Assembly (NCBI GenBank): GCA_039916065.1
Contig: JBDSME010000630.1
Location: 1-46,183, forward strand
Length of the DNA: 46,183 nt
Source: Polyangia bacterium
GTDB taxonomy: Bacteria > Myxococcota_A > Polyangia > Fen-1088
Direction: 5' to 3'
Part shown: positions 8,057-16,235 of the stretch, in pieces
How the letters are laid out: each line of letters begins with the position of its first letter
Position numbering within the stretch: position 1 is the stretch's first letter
Program-made: the position numbers and the translations under genes
The notes under the pieces: model-generated
What the model was told of the DNA's origin: nothing
Seen by the model: only the letters and a program-made list of their open reading frames with translations
Database searches by the model: none

Positions 8057-10252
8057 GTGGAATCGGGTAGCGAAAACGAAATTATAGAACAACCATCGGC
8101 TCTTCCTGGCGCGGAGGCTCCCAAGCTCGACGTCCGGGCGTATTGGCGAATCGTTCGCAAGCGGTGGCCGATGGTCGCGTTGACAACGCTCGCCGCGATG
8201 GGGGTGGCCTTTCTGTACACCTACCGGCAGCCGAAAATCTACGAAGCCACCTGCCAGATCGTGATCGAGCCGATGAGCCCCCAGGTTCTGCAGGGGGTCA
8301 AGGACGTGGTCGAACTGGGAACCGGCACCTACTGGGCCACCAAGGAGTTTTACGAGACCCAGTATCGCATCATCCAGTCGACGGCGGTGGCGATGCGTGT
8401 GGCCGAGAAGTTGGGCCTCGGCAACGATCCCGATTTTCGCGAAGCCGCGCAGAGCAAGGATCCAACCGCGGTCGCTCGGATGATTCAGAGCCGGGTGCGC
8501 GTGCAGCCGGTCAAGGACTCCCGCATCGGGTCCATCATAGTCGAGGACGTCAAGCCGCAACGGGCAGCCCTCATCGCCAACACCGTAGGCGAGACGTACA
8601 TGGAGTACAACCTCGATTACAAGCTGGAGGGGGCGAAGACTGCCAACGCCTGGCTCAGCGAACAGGCGATCGAATACAAAAAGAAGCTGCGTGATTCCGA
8701 GCTAGGGCTGTACGAGTTCCGGCGGCAGCGCAACCTGCTGGCTGCACGCCTGGACGACCGCCAGAGCATGACGGCGCAAAATCTGGAGAACGTCAGCGCG
8801 GCGTTGTCCAAGGTCCGCCTGAAACGAATTGAGATCGAGGCCGCCCGCAAGCTGATCCTGAGCGCCAAGGACGACATCAACCGCGCCGAGAGTATCCCGG
8901 AGGTGCAGGCCAGTGAGGTCGTCACGGGCCTGCGCCGGGCGTTCGTGCAGCTGTCCAAGGACCGCGCCGAACTGCTGGCGAAGTACGGCCCCGAGCATCC
9001 CAAGATGAAGATGGTCGAAGGGCAGATCCAGTCGATCCAGGAGGCCTATCACAAGGAGATAGCGAACGTCCTGGCCACCTTCGAGAACGAATATCTGGCC
9101 GTAGTGGATCAGGAAAAGGCGTTGATGCGCGCCATGGAGGATGAGAAGAAGGAAGCGATCGAGCTCTCCAAGGTCGAAGTCGAGTACAAGCCCCTCTCTC
9201 GCGACAACGAGGAGAATCTGAAGCTGTACAATCTGATCTCGACGCGCGAACGAGAAATCGATCTCACTGGTCTACTCCGCACCAACAATGTCCGCCTGCT
9301 GGAGCGGGCCATTGTGCCCGGCGCCCCTGTGCGCCCGCGCCCCGTGCAGAACCTGATGATCGCCTTCCTGGTTGGCCTGGGCGGCGGCATTGGTATCGCT
9401 CTTTTGATCGAGGCCCTGGACAACACGCTGAAGTCGCCCTCCGATGTCGAGGCATACCTAGGCATTCCGGTGCTGGGGTTGATCCCCGTGATCGGCAACA
9501 AGGACGAAAAGGCCTCACCCGATAAGATCCGCGAGCGCGACCTTGGCATCTTCATGGACCCAAAGTCACTGGCGGCGGAATGTTGTCGGTCCATCCGCAC
9601 GAATATTCTGTTCATGTCACCGGATCACCCGCCCCACACCATCGTGGTTACCAGCCCCAGCCCACAGGAGGGGAAGACCACCACCACCATCAACCTGGCT
9701 GTCACGATGGCCGAAGCGGGTGCGCGGGTGCTGATTATCGACACGGACATGCGGCGACCGCGATTGCATCGGTCGTTCGGTGTGCCCAATCAGGCGGGCA
9801 TCTCGACGGTGGTGGTGGGGAACTCCACCCTCGACGAGGTGATCAAGCGAACCGAGGTGCCAAACCTGGACGTATTGCCGTGCGGTCCCCTTCCGCCGAA
9901 TCCTTCGGAATTGCTCCACGCGGAGCGGTTCGCCCAGATCATCCGCGATTGCGCCAAGCGCTACGACCGCGTGCTGCTCGATTCGCCCCCCACGTCGGCT
10001 GTTACCGATCCCGCCGTGCTGGGCAACCTGTGCGACGGCGTGCTGCTGGTGGTCAAGGGCGGGCAGACCAAGCGAGAGTCGGCGGCCCTGGCCCGCCGGC
10101 AGCTCCTGGCGGCCAAAGCTAAGATCCTGGGCGTCATCGTCAACGAGATCGACTTTTCGAACCCGTCTTACGGATACCAATACTACTATTATCGCGACTA
10201 CGCCCGCTACGGCTACGGCGGTAGCCCCGAAGAGCGCGAAGCTTCGAGCTAG
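8057..10252 (+). CDS. wzc: Polysaccharide co-polymerase / tyrosine autokinase (PCP-2a, Wzc-type)
   Basis: N-terminal Wzz region (YWRIVRKRWPMVALTTLAAMGVAF = TM1), a long coiled-coil periplasmic segment and TM2 (LMIAFLVGLGGGIGIALLI). Walker A SPSPQEGKTTT, A' LIIDTDMRRP, Walker B VLLDSPP. C-terminal Tyr cluster YGYQYYYYRDYARYGY at 10169-10216. Confidence 0.9.
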   Translation: MESGSENEIIEQPSALPGAEAPKLDVRAYWRIVRKRWPMVALTTLAAMGVAFLYTYRQPKIYEATCQIVIEPMSPQVLQGVKDVVELGTGTYWATKEFYETQYRIIQSTAVAMRVAEKLGLGNDPDFREAAQSKDPTAVARMIQSRVRVQPVKDSRIGSIIVEDVKPQRAALIANTVGETYMEYNLDYKLEGAKTANAWLSEQAIEYKKKLRDSELGLYEFRRQRNLLAARLDDRQSMTAQNLENVSAALSKVRLKRIEIEAARKLILSAKDDINRAESIPEVQASEVVTGLRRAFVQLSKDRAELLAKYGPEHPKMKMVEGQIQSIQEAYHKEIANVLATFENEYLAVVDQEKALMRAMEDEKKEAIELSKVEVEYKPLSRDNEENLKLYNLISTREREIDLTGLLRTNNVRLLERAIVPGAPVRPRPVQNLMIAFLVGLGGGIGIALLIEALDNTLKSPSDVEAYLGIPVLGLIPVIGNKDEKASPDKIRERDLGIFMDPKSLAAECCRSIRTNILFMSPDHPPHTIVVTSPSPQEGKTTTTINLAVTMAEAGARVLIIDTDMRRPRLHRSFGVPNQAGISTVVVGNSTLDEVIKRTEVPNLDVLPCGPLPPNPSELLHAERFAQIIRDCAKRYDRVLLDSPPTSAVTDPAVLGNLCDGVLLVVKGGQTKRESAALARRQLLAAKAKILGVIVNEIDFSNPSYGYQYYYYRDYARYGYGGSPEEREASS

Positions 10253-10261
10253 GAGAAGGCA

Positions 10262-10295
10262 AGCTGTCCCCGGGGAACAGCTGTCCCCGGGGAAC
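10262..10295. repeat. Perfect tandem 17-bp repeat x2 (agctgtccccggggaac), each copy holding a CCCCGGGG palindrome; likely bidirectional terminator
   Basis: Read directly at 10262-10278 and 10279-10295. Located in the 53-bp gap between convergent wzc (stop 10252) and the methyltransferase (stop 10306). GTCCCCGGGGAAC can self-pair. Confidence 0.85.
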
Positions 10296-10305
10296 GGCCT
10301 GCCTC

Positions 10306-11262
10306 TTAGCCGGGCTTGTGGGCCTCGATGAATAGGGAGTCGGCGAAGTAGCGCAGAGGCCGGAATTTCGCCGACACCCTGCACAAGGCGACTGACGCGC
10401 TTACCACCAGTCGCGGGAAAGGGGGCAGCAGGTCAACGTCGCTGACCTGAGGATTCAGCGTAAAAAACCCGTCTGGGGTCAGAGTGGCCGGACCTACGTT
10501 TTCGCGAAACGCCGACAGCAGTTGCCAGGGCAACCACCGGCGCACCCGAAAGATGCCGTTCTCCCCATGCGTCAGGTCGACGATCTGATTGTACATCTGG
10601 CGAAGCCCCAGGACGTTGGCCATCTGGATCAGCATAGTCCCGCCCGGCTTCAGCACTCGCTCGGCCTGACGCAGCGTCGCTTCGACGTCCGGTCGGGAAA
10701 AGTGCTGCAATACCGAATACGAAAAGACCACGTCGAAGGTGTCCATGGGAAAGGGGAGATTTCGTCCGTCGGCCACCAGAAATTCGGGCGAGGCCCCCAG
10801 TTGTCGCGATACGCGCCGCGCTGCCTCCACGGCCTTGAGGTTCGGGTCGATACCGGTGGCCTGGAACCCAACCCGCTGGGCGGCGATGCACCATCGTCCC
10901 CAGTTGCAACCGATGTCCAGGACGCGGCGACCGCCCCCGTCGGACATTGGAAAGCGCGGAATGGGATACCGGGTCAGCTTACCCAGCAAGCCCCGGTACA
11001 GGTTTCCATTGGTATTGATGATCTCGCCCTGGACGAAGGGGTCGATGACGCCCGACGGGGGGGCGCTTCCCTCCGCGGAGACGCCGTTGGTGGCAGTGGC
11101 GCGCGACTCGTCGAAGGCCCGATGGTTCGCGACGACGTCATCGCGCAAGAGGATGGGAATATCCTGGACCACCGCATAGCGGTGCCCCTGGCGACAAGAA
11201 TAGGCGGACTGCTCCACTGACAACGGGGTTCCGTCCTTCGGGCACACCAAGGGCACACGCAT
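10306..11262 (-). CDS. Class I SAM-dependent methyltransferase with N-terminal Trm112-like zinc-ribbon
   Basis: LVCPKDGTPL...YSCRQGHRYAVVQDIPILL is followed by motif I VLDIGCNWGRW, then FDVVFSYSVLQHF and LKPGGTMLIQ. ATG 11262 is preferred; the ORF is open to TTG 11301. Confidence 0.75.
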   Translation of the reverse strand: MRVPLVCPKDGTPLSVEQSAYSCRQGHRYAVVQDIPILLRDDVVANHRAFDESRATATNGVSAEGSAPPSGVIDPFVQGEIINTNGNLYRGLLGKLTRYPIPRFPMSDGGGRRVLDIGCNWGRWCIAAQRVGFQATGIDPNLKAVEAARRVSRQLGASPEFLVADGRNLPFPMDTFDVVFSYSVLQHFSRPDVEATLRQAERVLKPGGTMLIQMANVLGLRQMYNQIVDLTHGENGIFRVRRWLPWQLLSAFRENVGPATLTPDGFFTLNPQVSDVDLLPPFPRLVVSASVALCRVSAKFRPLRYFADSLFIEAHKPG

Positions 11263-11387
11263 TACGAACGGCAAGATAGGAGTCGACCCCCCATGCGTCA
11301 AGGATCCGCTTTTTCGTGGCGGAGCGCTTGCCGCCCGATCGGCATGGCTTAAGATTCGTCGCGCCGCCGTTCGAAGCCCGTAACGTC

Positions 11388-12590
11388 ATGGCAATCACAC
11401 CCGTCATGCGCGTTGCTTACGTCCATCCGTTCACGCAGCAACTGAGCGGACCCGATGAGAGCCTGCTCGCCCTGTTGGCGCCGCTGTCGAGGCTGAACGT
11501 GCGGGCCCACCTGGTGGTTCCGCGTGCCACCCCCCTGGCGAACCGGTATCGGGCGCTGGGCGTAACTCTGCACCAGCAGCCCCTGACCATCCTGCATCGC
11601 GGGATGAAGCCCGGCGAAACGGCGCTGTTCGGCCCCCGCCTGGTGATGCGTGCGGCGCGACTGGCCAGACTGCTGCGCGATATTGACGCCGATCTGGTGC
11701 ACACGAACATGGAGGTCGTCCTGGAGGGGGCCCTAGCCGCACGGATGGTGGGGCTGCCCCACGTGCTGCACTACCGCGGCAACAGTCTCGATTCGCCACG
11801 CCTCCTGTTCGACGTTCTGACCCTGGTCTGGGCCTCGCTCTCCGACCGCGTATTCTGCATTTCTGACGCTACGGCGCAGATTTTTCGCGTCCGCAAGCGG
11901 GACAGAAACGTGGCCGTGCTCTACAACCCTATTCCGGTGAGAGCGTTCGCGGAGACTGTTCGCTCCGAGGCGGTGCGGGCCAGTCTGGGTGCCGCGCCTG
12001 ACCAGCCGCTGGTGATCACCATGGGGCGCATTCACCCCCGCAAGGACATCGAGACGTTTGTGCGTGCCTGCGGCCTGGTGGCGGCGGCAATGCCCCAGGC
12101 GCGTTTCGCGGTCGTGGGGACCGCCGAGACGCCGGTGGAGTTGACCTATCACGCGCAGGTCCTGAAACTGGTGGACCAACTGGGCGTAGGCGGACGGCTG
12201 CTGTTCGTCGGCGCGCGATCCGACGTCGCTGCCGTGATGAAGGCGGCGGACGTATTCGTGCTGGCCTCGCGTCACGAGGGATTTGGGCGGGTGGTGGCCG
12301 AGGCGATGGCGGCGGGCACTGCGGTGGTGGCGACCCGCGAGGGGGCACTCCCAGAGCTGATCGACGAGCCGCGCTTCGGCCTGGGCGCCGTCCCCGATGA
12401 CGCCGGCGACTTCGCCCGGCAGATTCTGTCACTGCTGGGGGACGACCAGCTGCGGCTGGCCACCGGCAGGGCGGCGGCGGACCGGGCACGAGATTTCGAC
12501 GCCGCAACACTGGCCCAGCGGGTCCGGGAGTGTTACGACGAGTTACTCGATGGCCGTGGCGAAACACGGCGAAACGCCCCTATTCAGTGA
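11388..12590 (+). CDS. GT-B glycosyltransferase, family 4-like
   Basis: MRVAYVHPF...; SRHEGFGRVVAEAMAAGTAVVATREGALPELI. Start is ambiguous: GTG 11316, ATG 11388 or ATG 11406. Confidence 0.8.
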   Translation: MAITPVMRVAYVHPFTQQLSGPDESLLALLAPLSRLNVRAHLVVPRATPLANRYRALGVTLHQQPLTILHRGMKPGETALFGPRLVMRAARLARLLRDIDADLVHTNMEVVLEGALAARMVGLPHVLHYRGNSLDSPRLLFDVLTLVWASLSDRVFCISDATAQIFRVRKRDRNVAVLYNPIPVRAFAETVRSEAVRASLGAAPDQPLVITMGRIHPRKDIETFVRACGLVAAAMPQARFAVVGTAETPVELTYHAQVLKLVDQLGVGGRLLFVGARSDVAAVMKAADVFVLASRHEGFGRVVAEAMAAGTAVVATREGALPELIDEPRFGLGAVPDDAGDFARQILSLLGDDQLRLATGRAAADRARDFDAATLAQRVRECYDELLDGRGETRRNAPIQ

Positions 12591-12618
12591 ATCGCCTTAA
12601 CCTATACTGTCCACCGTT

Positions 12619-14385
12619 GTGACGACGAATATTCTTGGTCTGAATGCCTTTCATGGAGATGCCTCGGCGGCTCTCCTCACGGACGGAGCACTGGTCGCTG
12701 CGGTCGAGGAAGAGCGCCTGAACCGCCGCAAGCACTGTGCCGGCTTTCCTGCCCTGGCGGCCAAGGAGGTGCTGCGCATCGGGGGAATCGGCCCCGATGA
12801 CCTCGATCACGTGGCCATCTCTCGCGACCCCAAGGCCAACCTCCACAAGAAGGTACTGTTCGCGCTACAGAAGCGCCCCTCATTCACCAAGCTGGTCAAG
12901 GATCGTCTGGCCAACGTCGCCAAGGTGCGCGACGTCCGCGACACGCTGGCCGCGGCACTGGGAGTTACCGAGTTCCGGGCCCGGCTGCACAACGTGGAGC
13001 ATCACAAATCCCACATTTCCAGCAGCTTCTTCGTTTCCCCCTTCGAAGAGGCAGCCTGTCTATCCATCGATGGGTTCGGCGACTTCGTCTCCACCATGCG
13101 CGCGGTCGGACGCGACCGACGAATCGATGTTCTCGACCGCATTGAATTCCCGCATTCAGCCGGCCTGTTCTATACCGCGATCACACAGTTCCTCGGGTTT
13201 CACAAGTATGGCGAGGAATGGAAAATGATGGGCCTTGCGCCGTACGGCAAGCCGTCCTACGTCCAGCAGCTGCGACAGGTGATTCACCCGACGGACGGCG
13301 GGCGTTTCGAGCTGGACCTCCAATATTTTCGCCACCATAGCGAGGGTGTTGAGATGACCTGGGACGACGGTGCCCCACACATGGGACTCGTCTACTCACC
13401 AAAGCTGGCTGAGTTGCTGGGGCCGGCCCGTGACCCCGAAGATCCGGAGTTCTATGGCAAGTGGGCCGATTTGGCGCACAGCGCGCAGGTCGTGTACGAG
13501 GAAATCTTCTTCCACGTCGTGCGAGACCTGCAACAGCGCACCGGGCTGACCCGCCTGGCCCTGGCGGGAGGCTGCGCGCTCAATTCGGTGGCCAACGGAA
13601 AGATCTACGAACAGACCGGATTCCGCGAGGTCTTTGTGCAGCCGGGCGCCGGTGACGACGGCACCGCTATCGGCGCCGCTTTGTACGTGGCACACAGCGT
13701 TCTCGATCAGCCGCGCGGCTTCGTGATGTCTCACGCCTACACCGGCCCGCAGTTCGACGACGCGCAGATCCAGGCTGCCATCGAAGCAGCGCGCAGCAAG
13801 GGATGGGATCCCGCCATTCGCGTAACCCAGTTGCGTGAGCCGGAACTTTACGAGCAGGTGGCGACCGCCATCGCAGATGGCCGGGTGGTGGGGTGGTTTC
13901 AGGGGGCCATGGAGTTCGGTCCCCGAGCGCTAGGCAACCGGTCCATTGTCGCGGATCCGCGCCGGAGCGACATGAAGGACATCCTGAACCAGCGCATCAA
14001 ACACCGCGAGACTTATCGTCCCTTCGCGCCCAGCATCCTCGAGGAAAAGGTGGGTGACGTGTTCGAACGTTCGGAAGCGTCTCCCTACATGTTGATGGTC
14101 TACAAGGTGCGGGAGCACCAACGGGCCAAGCTGCCCGCCGTCACACACGTCGATGGGACGGGCCGGCTACAAACCGTAAGCGCAAAAAGCAATCCGCGTT
14201 ACCATGGCCTCATCTCCGCCTTCGACCGCCTCACCGGCGTCCCTCTCATCTTGAACACCAGCTTCAACGAGCACGAACCGATCGTGACAACGCCGACAGA
14301 CGCAATTAACTGTTATTTGAAGACACGCATGGACTTATTGGCTTTGGGTAATTGGGTTCTCGACCGGCGCCAACCCGGCGCGTAG
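12619..14385 (+). CDS. Carbamoyltransferase, NodU/CmcH family
   Basis: [44 protein letters not shown] and the C-terminal [11 protein letters not shown]...[11 protein letters not shown]...[12 protein letters not shown] are characteristic of NodU-type O-carbamoyltransferases. GTG start. Confidence 0.85.
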   Translation: MTTNILGLNAFHGDASAALLTDGALVAAVEEERLNRRKHCAGFPALAAKEVLRIGGIGPDDLDHVAISRDPKANLHKKVLFALQKRPSFTKLVKDRLANVAKVRDVRDTLAAALGVTEFRARLHNVEHHKSHISSSFFVSPFEEAACLSIDGFGDFVSTMRAVGRDRRIDVLDRIEFPHSAGLFYTAITQFLGFHKYGEEWKMMGLAPYGKPSYVQQLRQVIHPTDGGRFELDLQYFRHHSEGVEMTWDDGAPHMGLVYSPKLAELLGPARDPEDPEFYGKWADLAHSAQVVYEEIFFHVVRDLQQRTGLTRLALAGGCALNSVANGKIYEQTGFREVFVQPGAGDDGTAIGAALYVAHSVLDQPRGFVMSHAYTGPQFDDAQIQAAIEAARSKGWDPAIRVTQLREPELYEQVATAIADGRVVGWFQGAMEFGPRALGNRSIVADPRRSDMKDILNQRIKHRETYRPFAPSILEEKVGDVFERSEASPYMLMVYKVREHQRAKLPAVTHVDGTGRLQTVSAKSNPRYHGLISAFDRLTGVPLILNTSFNEHEPIVTTPTDAINCYLKTRMDLLALGNWVLDRRQPGA

Positions 14386-14392
14386 GGCAGGT

Positions 14393-15997
14393 ATGCGTTC
14401 CGCAGCTGTCGCCTTCGTCCTGTCGATGCTCTCGGCAGCGCTCCTGACCCCATTAATCCGTGAACGGGCGCTGCGGATGGGTGCCGTGGACCACGCGCTC
14501 TCGTCCCGCAAGATCCACGGCCGCCCCATTCCCCGATTGGGCGGGCTGGCCATTGCCTGTGCTTTCTACGCGCCACTGCTGGGCCTGATGGTGTTTCAGA
14601 GCAGCGTGGGAGCTTTGTTTCTGGCCCAGCAGAAACTAGCCATTGGCCTGATCCTGGGCGGGACCGCCATCGTGTTGCTGGGCGTCTACGATGATCTGCG
14701 GGGGGCTGGTGCCCGCCGCAAGTTCGCCGTGCAATTCGCCGTCGCAGGGCTGATGTACGCGATGGGGTTCCGTATCGACGGCATGGCAAATCCGTTCGGC
14801 GCCCCCATCCAGATCGGCTGGTTCGGCCTGCCGCTGACCCTGTTGTGGATCGTCGGGATCGTGAACGCGATGAACCTGATTGATGGGCTCGACGGCCTGG
14901 CCGGAGGGGTGGCACTGGTGGCGGTCACCGCGACCTTGCTCATCTCCGTGCAGCGCGACAACCCCCTGATGACGCTGTTCTGCGCCGCTTTGGGCGGCGC
15001 CATCCTGGGCTTCCTCTTCTACAACTTCAACCCCGCATCGATCTTCATGGGCGACACGGGGAGCATGTTCCTGGGCTTCATTCTGGCAACCACGTCCATC
15101 CAAACTAGCCAGAAGGCGTCCACCACTGTCGCCGTTCTGGTCCCTCTGATGCTGCTGGGTGTTCCTATCCTGGATACTCTGCTGGCGGTGAGCCGCCGCG
15201 CCATGCGTGGCCGACCGCTGTTCCGCGCTGATCGGGAACACATCCACCACCGGCTGTTGGCGATCGGCCTGTCGCACCGGCAGGCGGTGCTGGTCCTGTA
15301 TGGCGTCTGCGTGCTCTTCGCCGCCACGGCCCTGGTGCTGACCGTAGCGAACAGCCGCCTGACCACCGTGACACTGGGTGTTGTAGCCATCCTTTCATTT
15401 ATCTTTCTGCGGCGGCTTGGCTACATGCGTTTTCGATACGGGACGGTGCTGTCCGACCATCGCCGGCGCAGCCGGGATCTGCGCGCCCTGGTGCGCCCAT
15501 TCGCGGAGCGGCTCCGAAATACCAAGGCTCCCTCCGAGATCTGGCAGGTGGTGCGGGATTTGGCCGAGGCGTTCGGCGCATGCAGCGCAGCGCTGCAACT
15601 CGGCGAACCATCAGTCGGCGGTAAAACGGAGGGCGGCCCCCAGGACACCCAGCCGATGAGCGGCAGCCACGGCCGCGCCGGCACGCAGAACCGTATGAAC
15701 GACGGCGTCGTTACGTTTTCCGCAGCCGCTTCGGAGGCCACCGGCGCAGCGATGGGCGACCATTCGCCGCCTCTTCCCAAGCCCCTGTTCCACGCCCGTT
15801 TCGGCCTGATCGGCATGAAGCACGACGAGGGGCTCCTCGAGCTGACCTGGGATGACGGTCGAACGGCCCTGGACCGCGACACCGAGATCAGCCTCGAGCT
15901 GTTTTGCGACCACGTCGCCTCTGCCTATGAGCGCACCCGGTACAAGCCCGACAAGGACACAGGGCGGGTGTTGAAGCTGCCCACCAGCGGCGGCTGA
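14393..15997 (+). CDS. Polyprenyl-phosphate HexNAc-1-phosphate transferase (MraY/WecA family) with a C-terminal cytoplasmic extension of about 190 aa
   Basis: [36 protein letters not shown] and HIHHRL motifs, with about 10-11 TM segments up to roughly aa 335. A non-membrane tail then runs from about 15400 to 15997. Confidence 0.85.
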   Translation: MRSAAVAFVLSMLSAALLTPLIRERALRMGAVDHALSSRKIHGRPIPRLGGLAIACAFYAPLLGLMVFQSSVGALFLAQQKLAIGLILGGTAIVLLGVYDDLRGAGARRKFAVQFAVAGLMYAMGFRIDGMANPFGAPIQIGWFGLPLTLLWIVGIVNAMNLIDGLDGLAGGVALVAVTATLLISVQRDNPLMTLFCAALGGAILGFLFYNFNPASIFMGDTGSMFLGFILATTSIQTSQKASTTVAVLVPLMLLGVPILDTLLAVSRRAMRGRPLFRADREHIHHRLLAIGLSHRQAVLVLYGVCVLFAATALVLTVANSRLTTVTLGVVAILSFIFLRRLGYMRFRYGTVLSDHRRRSRDLRALVRPFAERLRNTKAPSEIWQVVRDLAEAFGACSAALQLGEPSVGGKTEGGPQDTQPMSGSHGRAGTQNRMNDGVVTFSAAASEATGAAMGDHSPPLPKPLFHARFGLIGMKHDEGLLELTWDDGRTALDRDTEISLELFCDHVASAYERTRYKPDKDTGRVLKLPTSGG

Positions 15998-16016
15998 CCG
16001 TCAAGGTTGGCGCCTC

Positions 16017-16229
16017 ATGAGCCGGCGGATAATATCCCGCGTGATGTTTCCCACTGTTCCTGGCATCGACGACCTCGGCCCCGACGGCGCGGGCGCCGGC
16101 GATGCGCCGTCGGGACTGGCCCCGCTCTCCAGAGCGTGCTCCCTTGCCGCCGCCGCCTGGACCGCCGGGGTAGGATTGGCGTTCGTCTTCGGCGTCGCCA
16201 AGCGGCTGGTCTGGCATCTGTTCGGCTGA
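16017..16229 (+). CDS. Small hypothetical membrane ORF (70 aa), in frame with the next gene across one TGA
   Basis: GC3-rich codons after about codon 15. C-terminal hydrophobic helix AAAAWTAGVGLAFVFGVAKRLVW. The TGA at 16227-16229 is followed by 2 codons and then ATG 16236 in the same frame. Confidence 0.3.
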   Translation: MSRRIISRVMFPTVPGIDDLGPDGAGAGDAPSGLAPLSRACSLAAAAWTAGVGLAFVFGVAKRLVWHLFG

Positions 16230-16235
16230 CCACCG

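Noticed and set aside
16227-16229. The in-frame TGA as a selenocysteine codon.
   Set aside because: There is no recognisable SECIS-like hairpin immediately downstream, since the ATG of the next ORF follows after 6 nt. GT-C enzymes also give no biochemical reason to expect Sec. It is kept only as a split-gene or read-through question.
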